Source: Steroidobacteraceae bacterium (GTDB taxonomy: Bacteria > Pseudomonadota > Gammaproteobacteria > Steroidobacterales > Steroidobacteraceae). From it: a stretch of DNA of 64,000 bases. Under the pieces are notes generated by a model. It saw only the letters and a program-made list of their open reading frames with translations, was not told the origin of the DNA and did no database searches. The position numbers and the translations under genes were made by a program. Numbering within the stretch: position 1 is the first letter of the stretch; each line of letters begins with the position of its first letter. Where the stretch lies: the NCBI GenBank assembly GCA_035501795.1, contig DATJVL010000017.1, positions 3,750 to 67,749 of the forward strand, given 5' to 3'. Positions 27,290-38,082 of this stretch are shown here, in pieces.

Positions 27290-28824
27290 CCAACACGGTT
27301 TTCGTCCCCAAGGATGCCAGCGCACTCTCGCTCGGTGCGGATGCGGTGGCCCAGGCGATCCAGGCCGAGGCGAGGCGGCGCAGGGAGCCGCTGCAACTGG
27401 TGCGCACCGGTTCGCGCGGCGCCTTCTGGCTGGAGCCGCTGGTGGAGGTCGTCACCGCGGGCGGGCGCGTGGGCTACGGGCCGGTGAGCGCGGAGGATGT
27501 GCCGGGGCTGTTCGCGGCCGGCTTCCTCAAGGGCGGTGCGCATGCGCGCGCGCTCGGGCCGACCGAACAGATAGCCTGGTTCAAGAACCAGCAGCGGCTC
27601 ACCTTCGCGCGCGTCGGCATCGTCGACCCGGCCAGCGTCCCCGACTACGTGCGCAACGGCGGCTACGCCGGGCTCACGCGCGCGCTCGCCATGGAGCCGG
27701 CGGCCATCGTGCAGCTCATCACCGCCTCCGGCCTGCGCGGGCGCGGCGGCGCGGCCTTCCCGACCGGCATCAAGTGGAAGACGGTGCTCGAGCAGTCCGC
27801 GCCGCAGAAGTACGTCACCTGCAACGCGGACGAGGGCGACTCGGGCACCTTCGCCGACCGCATGCTGATGGAGGGCGATCCGCTCACCTTGATCGAGGGC
27901 ATGACGATCGCCGGGCTCGCGGTCGGGGCAACACAGGGCTACATCTACCTGCGCGCCGAATATCCGCACGCCCACCGCGCGCTCAACACGGCGATCGCGG
28001 CGGCCTATCAGGCGCGCTACCTGGGCGAGGACGTGGCCGGCAGCGGCCGGCGCTTCGACCTGGAGGTGCGGCTCGGCGCCGGCGCCTACATCTGCGGCGA
28101 GGAGACCTCGATGCTGGAGAGCCTCGAGGGCAAGCGTGGCGAGGTGCGCGTGCGCCCGCCGCTGCCGGCGATCAAGGGGCTCTTCGGCCAGCCGACGATC
28201 GTCAACAACGTCATCACCCACGCCAGCGTGCCGTGGATCCTCGCCCACGGCGCCGAGGCCTACGCGAACTACGGCATGGGCAAGTCGCGCGGTACGCTGC
28301 CGGTGCAGCTGGCCGGCAACATCCGGCGCGGCGGCCTGGTGGAGCGCGCCTTCGGCCTCAGCCTGCGCGAGCTGCTCTACGACTACGGCGGCGGCACCGC
28401 GACCGGCCGCCCTATCCGCACCATCCAGGTGGGCGGTCCGCTCGGGGCCTACATCCCGCCGGCGCACTTTGACACGGCGCTCGACTACGAGGCGCTCGCC
28501 GGCGTCGGCGCGCTGCTCGGGCACGGCGGCATCGTGGTCTTCGACGACACGGTAGACATGGCGCACATGGCGCGCTATGCAATGGAATTCTGCGCCATCG
28601 AGTCCTGCGGCAAGTGCACGCCCTGTCGCATCGGCTCGACGCGCGGCGTCGAGGTCATCGACCGCATCCTCGCAGGCGAGGACGGCGAGCGTAACCTCAG
28701 GCTCCTCGAGGAGCTGTGCGAGACGATGGTGCAGGGCTCGCTGTGCGGGCTGGGCGGCATGGCGCCCTTCCCGGTGCAGAGTGCGCTGAAACACTTCAGG
28801 GAAGACTTCCGCGCGCACAAGTGA
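27286..28824 (+). CDS. fdsB: NAD-dependent formate dehydrogenase beta subunit (NuoF-like, FMN/NAD/4Fe-4S)
   Basis: The gene starts MTNTVFVPKD at ATG 27286, overlapping the fdsG stop (ATGA). It has the GRGGAAFPTG FMN motif and ESCGKCTPCR cluster motif. Confidence 0.93.
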   Translation: MTNTVFVPKDASALSLGADAVAQAIQAEARRRREPLQLVRTGSRGAFWLEPLVEVVTAGGRVGYGPVSAEDVPGLFAAGFLKGGAHARALGPTEQIAWFKNQQRLTFARVGIVDPASVPDYVRNGGYAGLTRALAMEPAAIVQLITASGLRGRGGAAFPTGIKWKTVLEQSAPQKYVTCNADEGDSGTFADRMLMEGDPLTLIEGMTIAGLAVGATQGYIYLRAEYPHAHRALNTAIAAAYQARYLGEDVAGSGRRFDLEVRLGAGAYICGEETSMLESLEGKRGEVRVRPPLPAIKGLFGQPTIVNNVITHASVPWILAHGAEAYANYGMGKSRGTLPVQLAGNIRRGGLVERAFGLSLRELLYDYGGGTATGRPIRTIQVGGPLGAYIPPAHFDTALDYEALAGVGALLGHGGIVVFDDTVDMAHMARYAMEFCAIESCGKCTPCRIGSTRGVEVIDRILAGEDGERNLRLLEELCETMVQGSLCGLGGMAPFPVQSALKHFREDFRAHK

Positions 28825-28846
28825 GCGCGCGAGCGAGGCAACGGCA

Positions 28847-31711
28847 ATGTTCGCGATCGACTACGAAGACTTCGGCACCCCGGCTCCCGCCGCGGCCAGC
28901 GGCCAGGTGACGCTGCAGATCGACGGCACCAGCGTCACGGTGCCCGAGGGCACGAGCCTCATGCGTGCCGCGGCGCTCGCCGGCGTGCAGGTGCCGAAGC
29001 TGTGCGCGACCGACACCCTCAAGGCCTTCGGCTCCTGCCGGCTGTGCCTGGTGGAGATCGAGGGCCGCAAGGGGTATCCGGCCTCCTGCACTACCACGGT
29101 CGCCGCCGGCATGAAGGTGCGCACCCAGTCGCCGAAGCTCATGCAGCTGCGTCGCGGCGTCATCGACCTGTACGTCTCGGACCATCCGCTCGAGTGCCAG
29201 GGCTGCCCGGCCGAGGGGCACTGCGAGCTGCAGGACATGGCCGCCGCGGTGGGCGTCACCGAGACCTCCTACGCGCCCGGTGGCCAGGTGCACCGTCCGC
29301 AGGCCCAGGATGAGAGCAATCCTTATTTCACCTTCGACCCGGAGCTGTGCATCGTGTGCTCGCGCTGCGTGCGGGCGTGCGATGAGACGCAGGGCACGCT
29401 GGCGCTCACGATCCAGAGCCGCGGCTTCAGCTCCAAGGTGGCGGCGAGCCAGAATGAGCCGTTCCTCGATTCGGAGTGCGTCTCCTGCGGCGCGTGCGTC
29501 GAGGCCTGCCCGACGGCCGCGCTCACCGAGAAGTCGGTGATCGGGCTCGGCGTCGCCGAGCGCGCCGTCGGCACGACCTGCGCCTACTGCGGCGTCGGCT
29601 GCGGCTTCAAGGCCGAGGTGCGCGGCGAGGGCGCCGACGTGGAAGTGGTGCGCATGGTGCCGGACCGCGACGGCAAGGCGAACCATGGCCACGCCTGCGT
29701 CAAGGGGCGCTTCGCCTGGGGCTACGCCACCCACAGCGACCGCGTGAAGAAGCCGATGATCCGCAAGAGCATCCGCGACGAGTGGCGCGAGGTCTCCTGG
29801 GAGGAGGCCATCGGCTACGCCGCCAGCGAGCTCAAGCGCGTGCAGGCCAAGTACGGCAAGAACTCGATCGGCGGCATCACCTCCTCGCGCTGCACCAACG
29901 AGGAGACCTTCCTGGTGCAGAAGCTGGTGCGCGCCGTCTTCGGCACCAACAACGTCGACACCTGCGCCCGCGTGTGCCACTCGCCCACCGGCTACGGCCT
30001 GAAGAACACGCTGGGCGAGTCCGCCGGCACCCAGGCGTTCGACTCGGTGATGCAGGCGGACGTGGTCATGATCATCGGCGCCAACCCGAGCGAGGGACAC
30101 CCGGTGTTCGGCTCGCAGCTGAAGCGCCGCCTGCGTCAGGGCGCGAAGCTGATCATCGCCGACCCGCGTGAGACCGCACTGGTGAGGGCGCCGCACATCC
30201 AGGCCGACGTGCACCTGCAGCTCACCCCGGGCACCAACGTGGCGCTCATGAACGCGCTCGCGCACGTGATCGTGACCGAGGGCATGGTGAAGGAGGATTA
30301 CGTGGCGGCGCGGTGCGAGGGACCCTCGTTCGCGCAGTGGAAGGCCTTCGTCGCCGAGGAGCGCAACTCCCCCGAGGCCGCCGAGGCCATCACCGGCGTG
30401 CCGGCGCACAAGCTGCGCGAGGCGGCACGCCTCTACGGGCGCGCCGGCAACGGCGCCATCTATTACGGCCTCGGCGTCACCGAGCACAGCCAGGGCACCA
30501 CGACCGTCATGGCGATCGCCAACCTCGCCATGGCCACCGGCAACCTCGGGCGCGAGGGGGTGGGCGTCAACCCGCTGCGCGGCCAGAACAACGTGCAGGG
30601 CTCGTGCGACATGGGCTCCTTCCCGCACGAGTTCTCCGCCTATCGGCACGTCTCCGATCCGGCGACGCGCGCACTGTTTGAGGCAGCCTGGGGCGTCACG
30701 CTGCAGGCGGAGCCGGGGCTGCGCATCCCCAACATGTTCGAGGCCTCCCTCGATGGCACCTTCAAGGCCATGTACGTGCAGGGCGAGGACTTCGTGCAGT
30801 CCGATCCCAACACGCACCACGTCAACGCCGCGATGGAGGCCATGGAGTGCGTCATCGTGCAGGACCTGTTCCTGAACGAGACGGCGAAGTTCGCGCACGT
30901 GTTCCTGCCCGGCTCCTCCTTCCTTGAGAAGACCGGCACCTTTACCAACGCCGAGCGGCGCGTGTCGATGGTGCGCAAGGTGATGGAGCCGCTCGCCGGC
31001 TACGAGGACTGGCAGATCACCTGCCTGCTCTCCAACGCGCTCGGCTACCCGATGAACTACACGCACCCGCGCCAGATCATGGAGGAGATCGCACGGCTGA
31101 CGCCGACCTTCGCGGCGCTCACCTACGAGAAGCTCGACCGGCTCGGCAGCATCCAGTGGCCGTGCACCGCCGATGCGCCCGAGGGTACGCCCACCATGCA
31201 CGTACACCAGTTCGTGCGCGGCAAGGGCAAGTTCTGGGCCACCGAGTACGTGCCGACCAGCGAGCGCTCCACCAGCCGCTTCCCGCTGATCCTCACCACG
31301 GGGCGCGTGCTGACCCAGTACAACGTCGGCGCGCAGACCCGCCGCACCAACAACGTCGTCTGGCATGCCGAGGATGTGCTCGAGATCCACCCGCACGATG
31401 CCGAGGTACGCGGCATCAGCGACGGCGACTGGGTCGGGCTCACCAGCCGCGCCGGCGACACCGTGCTGCGCGCGCGCGTCACGGAGAAGATCGCCCCCGG
31501 GGTGGTGTACACGACCTTCCACTTCCCGGAGACCAACGCCAACGTCGTCACCACCGAGAACTCCGACTGGGCCACCAACTGCCCCGAGTACAAGGTCACC
31601 GCGGTCGAGGTGGTGCTCGTCAACCAGAAGGATGCCTGGCAGAAGCGCGCCGAGGCCGAGCGCTCGTTGCCGCACCCGCGCAAGCGCCGGCGCGATCCCG
31701 CCCCCGCGTGA
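28847..31711 (+). CDS. fdsA: formate dehydrogenase alpha subunit (Mo-bisPGD, Cys-type)
   Basis: The 954-aa product has an N-terminal 2Fe-2S (GSCRLCLVEI), ferredoxin motifs (CIVCSRCVRAC, CVSCGACVEACP), TCAYCGVGC and the active-site context TCARVCHSPTG. There is no in-frame TGA. Confidence 0.95.
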   Translation: MFAIDYEDFGTPAPAAASGQVTLQIDGTSVTVPEGTSLMRAAALAGVQVPKLCATDTLKAFGSCRLCLVEIEGRKGYPASCTTTVAAGMKVRTQSPKLMQLRRGVIDLYVSDHPLECQGCPAEGHCELQDMAAAVGVTETSYAPGGQVHRPQAQDESNPYFTFDPELCIVCSRCVRACDETQGTLALTIQSRGFSSKVAASQNEPFLDSECVSCGACVEACPTAALTEKSVIGLGVAERAVGTTCAYCGVGCGFKAEVRGEGADVEVVRMVPDRDGKANHGHACVKGRFAWGYATHSDRVKKPMIRKSIRDEWREVSWEEAIGYAASELKRVQAKYGKNSIGGITSSRCTNEETFLVQKLVRAVFGTNNVDTCARVCHSPTGYGLKNTLGESAGTQAFDSVMQADVVMIIGANPSEGHPVFGSQLKRRLRQGAKLIIADPRETALVRAPHIQADVHLQLTPGTNVALMNALAHVIVTEGMVKEDYVAARCEGPSFAQWKAFVAEERNSPEAAEAITGVPAHKLREAARLYGRAGNGAIYYGLGVTEHSQGTTTVMAIANLAMATGNLGREGVGVNPLRGQNNVQGSCDMGSFPHEFSAYRHVSDPATRALFEAAWGVTLQAEPGLRIPNMFEASLDGTFKAMYVQGEDFVQSDPNTHHVNAAMEAMECVIVQDLFLNETAKFAHVFLPGSSFLEKTGTFTNAERRVSMVRKVMEPLAGYEDWQITCLLSNALGYPMNYTHPRQIMEEIARLTPTFAALTYEKLDRLGSIQWPCTADAPEGTPTMHVHQFVRGKGKFWATEYVPTSERSTSRFPLILTTGRVLTQYNVGAQTRRTNNVVWHAEDVLEIHPHDAEVRGISDGDWVGLTSRAGDTVLRARVTEKIAPGVVYTTFHFPETNANVVTTENSDWATNCPEYKVTAVEVVLVNQKDAWQKRAEAERSLPHPRKRRRDPAPA

Positions 31712-31733
31712 GGGCGCACCCCGGCAGGCAACC

Positions 31734-32567
31734 GTGAGCACCGGGCCGCTCGCCTCTGCGCCGCCGGCAGCCTCGCTCGCGGTGAGCGCCTCGGTGGAGG
31801 TCGAGCGCTGGTCGCAGGGCGCGCTCGCGCAGGCCAGTGACCTGGTCGCCGAGGAGGTGCCGGTCGCGCTCGTCTACCACGACGTGCCGCACGTGGTCAT
31901 GCTCGCCACCCCTGCCGACCTCGAGGATTACGCGGTCGGCTTCACGCTCAGCGAGGGCCTGGTCGCGCGCCCGCAGGAGATCCGCGGCGTCGAGGTGGTG
32001 CTTGGCCCAGGGGTCGCGGACGTCAAGATCACGGTGGCCTGGGAGCGCTTCACGCAGCTGCTGCAGCGCCGCCGCAACCTCGCCGGCCGCACCGGCTGCG
32101 GGCTGTGCGGGGCCGAGACCGCGGCCGATGCCATCCGCGAGGTGGCGCCGGTGCCGGCGGGCGTGCCCGTGAGCGCCGCGCAGCTGCACGCCGCGATCGA
32201 TGCGCTCAAGACGCGCCAGCCCATCAACGCCCGCACCGGCAGCGTGCACGCCGCCGCCTGGGTGCTGCCGGAGGGGGGCATCCAGCTGGTGCGCGAGGAC
32301 GTCGGACGCCACAATGCGCTCGATAAGGCGATCGGCGCGCTGGCGCGCGCCGGCACGGATTTCGCCTCCGGTTACATGCTGATCACGAGCCGCGCCAGCT
32401 ACGAGATGGTGCAGAAGTGCGCCACCGTCGGCATCCCGCTGCTCGTGGCACTCTCGGCGCCGACCGCCTTTGCGGTGCGCCTGGCCCGCGCCAGCGGACT
32501 CACGCTGGTCGCGTTCGCGCGCAGCGACCGCCACGTGGTATACGCGCACCCCGAACGCCTCCGCTGA
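31734..32567 (+). CDS. fdhD: formate dehydrogenase accessory sulfurtransferase FdhD
   Basis: The gene starts at GTG 31734 (VSTGPLAS...). It has LEDYAVGFTLSEGLV, GCGLCG and DVGRHNALDK motifs. The track ORF (31365) is an upstream extension inside fdsA. Confidence 0.9.
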   Translation: MSTGPLASAPPAASLAVSASVEVERWSQGALAQASDLVAEEVPVALVYHDVPHVVMLATPADLEDYAVGFTLSEGLVARPQEIRGVEVVLGPGVADVKITVAWERFTQLLQRRRNLAGRTGCGLCGAETAADAIREVAPVPAGVPVSAAQLHAAIDALKTRQPINARTGSVHAAAWVLPEGGIQLVREDVGRHNALDKAIGALARAGTDFASGYMLITSRASYEMVQKCATVGIPLLVALSAPTAFAVRLARASGLTLVAFARSDRHVVYAHPERLR

Positions 32568-32590
32568 AAATCACTACCACCATAAGCCCC

Positions 32591-32836
32591 ATGAACATCG
32601 ACCTGCTCATCAAGATGGCCAACGAGATCGGCATGTTCTTCAACGGCGCCACCGCCGATGCCGCCGCGCGTGACGTGGCGACACACCTGAAGCGCTACTG
32701 GGACCCGCGCATGCGCCGCCAGATCATCGGTTACCTGGATGAGCGCCACGGTGCGGGACTCTCGGACGTGGCGCGCGCCGCGGTCGAGCAGCTGCGCGCC
32801 GAGTCCGCGGCGGGCACACCGGCGCCGCCTCCATGA
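32591..32836 (+). CDS. fdsD: formate dehydrogenase delta subunit
   Basis: The 81-aa product reads MNIDLLIKMANEIGMFFNG...HLKRYWDPRMRRQI, typical of the FdsD family. It starts at ATG 32591. Confidence 0.8.
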   Translation: MNIDLLIKMANEIGMFFNGATADAAARDVATHLKRYWDPRMRRQIIGYLDERHGAGLSDVARAAVEQLRAESAAGTPAPPP

Positions 32837-33774
32837 GTGCGACCCCGGGCGGCGGGGCGTTGATCTGCGGCTCGGTGGCGTACGACACCATCATGGTGTT
32901 CGGCGACCGCTTCGCCAATCACATCCTGCCCGACAAGATCCACATGCTCAGCGTGTCGTTCCTCGTGCCGCAGCTGCGGCGCGAGTTCGGCGGTTGTGCC
33001 GGCAACATCGCCTACAACTTGCGCCTGCTGGGCGATGCCGGTTACCCGATGGCCACCGTGGGACGCGACTTCGGGCCCTACCGCGAGTGGCTTGGCAGCT
33101 GCGGCGTGCCGACCGACTACCTGCGTGAGATCGACTCCGAGCTCACCGCGCAGGCCTTCATCACGACCGACCTGGATGACAACCAGATCGCCGCCTTTCA
33201 TCCGGGAGCGATGCAGCACTCGCACCTGAACCGCGTCGCGGATGCGCACGGCATCGCCCTCGGCATCGTCGCTCCGGACGGGCGCGAGGGCATGCTCACG
33301 CACGCGGCCCAGTTCGCCGCCGCCGGGATCCCCTTCATGTTCGACCCGGGCCAGGGGCTGCCGCTGTTCGACGGCGCGGCGCTGCAGGGCCTGATCGGTC
33401 ACGCGCGCTGGGTGGCGCTGAACGAGTACGAATGGCAGCTCGTGCAGCAGCGCACCGGCTGGGGGGTGCGCGAGCTGACTTCCAGGGTCGAGGCGCTCAT
33501 CGTCACGCGCGGCGCCGCCGGCTCGAATATCTATACCCGCGGCGAGGAACTGACGATCGCGGCGGCCCCGGTGAGCCAGGTCGTGGATCCCACCGGTTGC
33601 GGCGATGCTTACCGGGCGGGGCTCCTGCACGGGCTGTTGCACAAGCTCGACTGGCGACGCACCGGACAGATCGCCTCCCTCCTCGGGGCCATCAAGATCG
33701 AGGCGCGCGGTACCCAGAACCACCGCTTCACCACGGCCGAGTTCGAGCAGCGCCTGCGCAAGGCTTTCGGCTGA
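32833..33774 (+). CDS. PfkB-family kinase, adenosine kinase-like
   Basis: The N-terminus GSVAYDTIMVFGDRFANHILPDKIHMLSVSFLVPQLRREFGGCAGNIAYNL resembles mycobacterial-type adenosine kinase. The product ends with a DPTGCGDAYRAGLL anion-hole motif. The start overlaps the fdsD stop (ATGA). Confidence 0.75.
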   Translation: MSATPGGGALICGSVAYDTIMVFGDRFANHILPDKIHMLSVSFLVPQLRREFGGCAGNIAYNLRLLGDAGYPMATVGRDFGPYREWLGSCGVPTDYLREIDSELTAQAFITTDLDDNQIAAFHPGAMQHSHLNRVADAHGIALGIVAPDGREGMLTHAAQFAAAGIPFMFDPGQGLPLFDGAALQGLIGHARWVALNEYEWQLVQQRTGWGVRELTSRVEALIVTRGAAGSNIYTRGEELTIAAAPVSQVVDPTGCGDAYRAGLLHGLLHKLDWRRTGQIASLLGAIKIEARGTQNHRFTTAEFEQRLRKAFG

Positions 33775-33918
33775 GCGCTGCCGTGGCGCCGGCGCAATGG
33801 CCTGCGGACATAAGCCGATGGCCGCCGGTTCGGGCGCTCAATGACGGCCCGCTTTCGCGGCGGGCTGGGTTAAACTAGGGGTTCTGTCTTCGGACCACCT
33901 AAGCCCATAAGCGAGCCC

Positions 33919-35091
33919 ATGGCCAACGACTACCTGTTCACCTCGGAATCAGTCTCCGAGGGACACCCCGACAAGATTGCCGATCAGATCTCCGATGCGG
34001 TGCTCGATGCGATCCTCAAGGAGGATGACCGCGGCCGCGTGGCGTGCGAGACGCTGGTGAAGACCGGCGTGGTGGTGGTGGCCGGCGAGGTCACCACGCG
34101 CGCCTGGGTGGACGTCGAAGCGTTGGTGCGCAAGACCGTGCTCGACATCGGCTACAACTCCTCGGACATGGGCTTCGACGGCGCCAGCTGCGGCGTGCTC
34201 AACATCATCGGCAAGCAGTCCCCCGACATCGCCCAAGGCGTCGACCGCAAGGACGAGCGCAAGCAGGGCGCGGGTGATCAGGGCCTGATGTTCGGCTACG
34301 CCACCAACGAGACCGACGTGCTCATGCCGGCGCCCATCACGCTGGCACATCGGCTGGTCAAGCGCCAGGCGCAGGTACGCAAGTCCGGCAAGCTCGACTG
34401 GCTGCGACCGGATGCCAAGAGCCAGGTGACGCTGCGCTACGAGGACAACAAGCCCGTCGGCCTCGAGGCCGTGGTGCTCTCGACGCAGCACAGCGATGAA
34501 GTCTCGACCAAGAACCTGCGCGAGGCGGTGCTGGAGGAGATCCTGAAGCCGGTGCTGCCGGCGAAGTGGATCGACAAGCGCACCAAGTATCACATCAACC
34601 CGACCGGACGCTTCGTCATCGGCGGCCCGGTGGGCGACTGCGGGCTCACCGGACGCAAGATCATCGTCGACACCTACGGCGGCTACGCGCGCCACGGGGG
34701 CGGCGCCTTCTCCGGCAAGGATCCCTCGAAGGTCGACCGCTCCGCCGCCTATGCGGCGCGCTACGTCGCCAAGAACATCGTGGCCGCCGGACTTGCCGCG
34801 CGCTGCGAGGTGCAGGTGTCCTACGCCATCGGCGTCGCCGAACCGACCTCGATCATGGTGGAGACCTTCGGCACCAGCCACCTCTCGCGCGAGCGCCTGA
34901 CACAGCTGGTGCGCAAGCACTTCGACCTGACGCCCTATGGGCTGCGCGAGATGCTCGACCTGGTGCGGCCCATCTACCAGAAGACCGCCAGCTACGGGCA
35001 CTTCGGCCGCACCGAGCCGGAATTCACCTGGGAGCGCACCGACCTCGCCGAGGCGCTGGCCGCGGAGGGCAAGGGGGCGCGCGCCGCGTAG
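33919..35091 (+). CDS. metK: S-adenosylmethionine synthetase
   Basis: The product has [29 protein letters not shown] and [16 protein letters not shown] motifs. Confidence 0.97.
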   Translation: MANDYLFTSESVSEGHPDKIADQISDAVLDAILKEDDRGRVACETLVKTGVVVVAGEVTTRAWVDVEALVRKTVLDIGYNSSDMGFDGASCGVLNIIGKQSPDIAQGVDRKDERKQGAGDQGLMFGYATNETDVLMPAPITLAHRLVKRQAQVRKSGKLDWLRPDAKSQVTLRYEDNKPVGLEAVVLSTQHSDEVSTKNLREAVLEEILKPVLPAKWIDKRTKYHINPTGRFVIGGPVGDCGLTGRKIIVDTYGGYARHGGGAFSGKDPSKVDRSAAYAARYVAKNIVAAGLAARCEVQVSYAIGVAEPTSIMVETFGTSHLSRERLTQLVRKHFDLTPYGLREMLDLVRPIYQKTASYGHFGRTEPEFTWERTDLAEALAAEGKGARAA

Positions 35092-35132
35092 TACAATGTG
35101 ATTTTCCGCCGCAGCAAGCGGCAGCCGCCCCC

Positions 35133-35202
35133 GCTGAGGAGCGTTGCGACAGGCACCGGCCTGCCAGGCTCAGCGAGCGCGGATCATCTATACGGCGCTC
35201 AC
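35133..35202 (+). promoter_or_regulatory. SAH riboswitch (S-adenosylhomocysteine-responsive leader of ahcY)
   Basis: The sequence is GCUGAGGAGCGUUGCGACAGGCACCGGCCUGCCAGGCUCAGCGAGCGCGGAUCAUCUAUACGGCGCUCAC. P1 is GCUGAG/CUCAGC and the internal hairpin is CAGGC/GCCUG. The pseudoknot pairs GAGCG with the 3' CGCUC of ACGGCGCUCAC. This matches the conserved GAGGAGCG.UGC...AGGCUC...ACGGCGCUCAC pattern of this class, 22 nt before the ahcY ATG and just before the GGAG RBS. Confidence 0.8.
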
Positions 35203-35223
35203 TCTGTGATCACGGAGTCATTC

Positions 35224-36644
<1,421 letters not shown>

Positions 36645-36645
<1 letters not shown>

Positions 36646-37541
36646 TGGCCGGGGCAACCTCGGAGCGCGCCGCCGGCGGCGGCGCCCAGCTCCTGGATGG
36701 CAAGGCCGTGGCGGCGCGGGTGCGCTCGCAGGTGGCGGCGCGCGCGGCGGCCTTCGCCGCGCGCGCCGGACGCCGCCCGGGGCTGGCCGTGGTGCAGGTG
36801 GGCGAGGATCCGGCCTCGAGCGTGTACGTGCGCAACAAGCGCCGCTCCTCGCTCGAGGCCGGCATCGAGTCCTTCGCGCACGATCTGCCGGCGCAGACCG
36901 AGGCCGCGCAGATCCTCGAGCTGGTGCACAGGCTGAACGCCGACGAGCGCGTCGACGGCATCCTCGTGCAGCTGCCGCTGCCGAAGGGCGTGGACGCCAA
37001 CCGCATCATGGACGCCGTCGACCCGGCCAAGGACGTCGATGGTTTCCATCCGGTCAACACCGGGCTGCTGGCGCAGAAGCGGCCGCGCCTGCGCCCGTGC
37101 ACGCCCTTTGGCGTCATCCGCCTGGCGCAGGAGTACGGCATCGAGCTCGCCGGAGTGCGGGCGACCGTGGTGGGCGCCTCGAACATCGTCGGTCGCCCGA
37201 TGGCGCTCGAGCTGCTGCTGGCGCGTGCCACGGTTACGGTCTGTCACACCGGCACGCGTGACCTGCGCGCCGAAGTGGAGCGCGCCGACCTGGTGGTCGC
37301 GGCGGTCGGCAAGGCCGGTTTCGTGCGCGGTGAGTGGATCCGGCCCGGCGCCGCCGTGTTCGATGTCGGCATCAACCGCAGCGCCAGCGGTCAGCTGGTC
37401 GGTGACGTCGAGTTCGCGAGCGCCGCGCAGCGCGCCGCCTGGATCACACCGGTGCCCGGCGGCCTCGGGCCGATGACCATCGCGATGCTGCTTTCCAACG
37501 CCGTCGATGCGGCGTACTGGCGCGCCGGCCTCGCCGAGTGA
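36645..37541 (+). CDS. folD: bifunctional methylene-THF dehydrogenase / methenyl-THF cyclohydrolase
   Basis: The product has [29 protein letters not shown] and [14 protein letters not shown] motifs. The ATG overlaps the ahcY TGA (TGATG). Confidence 0.93.
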
Positions 37542-37572
37542 ATCGTGCCGCGCACGCGGCTGCGTGCCGGCT

Positions 37573-37588
37573 GTCGGCGTTCGCCGAC
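37573..37588 (+). terminator. small hairpin downstream of folD (weak terminator candidate)
   Basis: GTCGGC-GTTC-GCCGAC is followed by GTGCGTGTTGG. It lies 32 nt after the folD stop. Confidence 0.25.
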
Positions 37589-37834
37589 GTGCGTGTTGGC
37601 CCGGCGAGCGATGTAACTGCGCGGTCACAGCCCGCGCACGCGCCGCGCGCACCGTTGTCACGCTTCAGTTCAACAACACTGCCGCGGTGCGACCTCACTG
37701 CACAGTTAGCAGTTACAAGTTGGTTCGCTGTTGGCGCGCGTTCCAACATGACGACCGCAGCCGTTCCTGATTTGCACCACGCCTGCAGTCGGGGCGGTGT
37801 ATCATCTGCGACCCCCCGAACCCTCTGGAGCACG

Positions 37835-38041
37835 ATGATGGCCAGACGTCCACCCAACGATGGCGCCTCCTGGAGCGCCCGCGAGCTCAAGACCCTCAAG
37901 GCCCTCGCTCGGGCCGGCACACCGACGAGTCAGGTGGCGCAGAAGCTGGGACGCACGGCGGCCGCCGTCCAGCAGAAGGCCATGCGTTCCGGAATTTCCT
38001 TCCGTGCCGCGAAGCGTTCGGGAGCGCGTCGCAGGAAGTGA
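37835..38041 (+). CDS. small basic protein, possible SANT/Myb-like HTH
   Basis: The 68-aa product reads MMARRPPNDGASWSARELKTLKALARAGTPTSQVAQKLGRTAAAVQQKAMRSGISFR.... A GGAG lies 4-7 nt upstream of ATG 37835/37838. The track ORF (37538) spans the long intergenic region. Confidence 0.5.
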   Translation: MMARRPPNDGASWSARELKTLKALARAGTPTSQVAQKLGRTAAAVQQKAMRSGISFRAAKRSGARRRK

Positions 38042-38082
38042 GCGCGCGGCCGGGATAAGCGGCGTAGCCCACGGCTGTTTGC

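Noticed and set aside
28847-31711. Selenocysteine (UGA recoding) in the formate dehydrogenase alpha subunit
   Set aside because: The ORF is uninterrupted and the active-site position reads Cys (TCARVCHSPTG). No in-frame TGA or SECIS-like hairpin is required.
28796-31741. 981-aa ORF on the - strand
   Set aside because: It is antisense to fdsA, whose identity is unambiguous. Its composition is dominated by R/A/G/H/L with no recognisable domains.
33775-33918. Possible SAM riboswitch upstream of metK
   Set aside because: I looked for SAM-I, SAM-II and SAM-V hallmarks, such as a conserved AAAGCU segment or the SAM-I four-way junction consensus, and saw none. Only a short GCCCGC/GCGGGC hairpin is present, which is more likely the 3' end of the upstream kinase transcript. 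A covariance-model scan would be needed to be sure.
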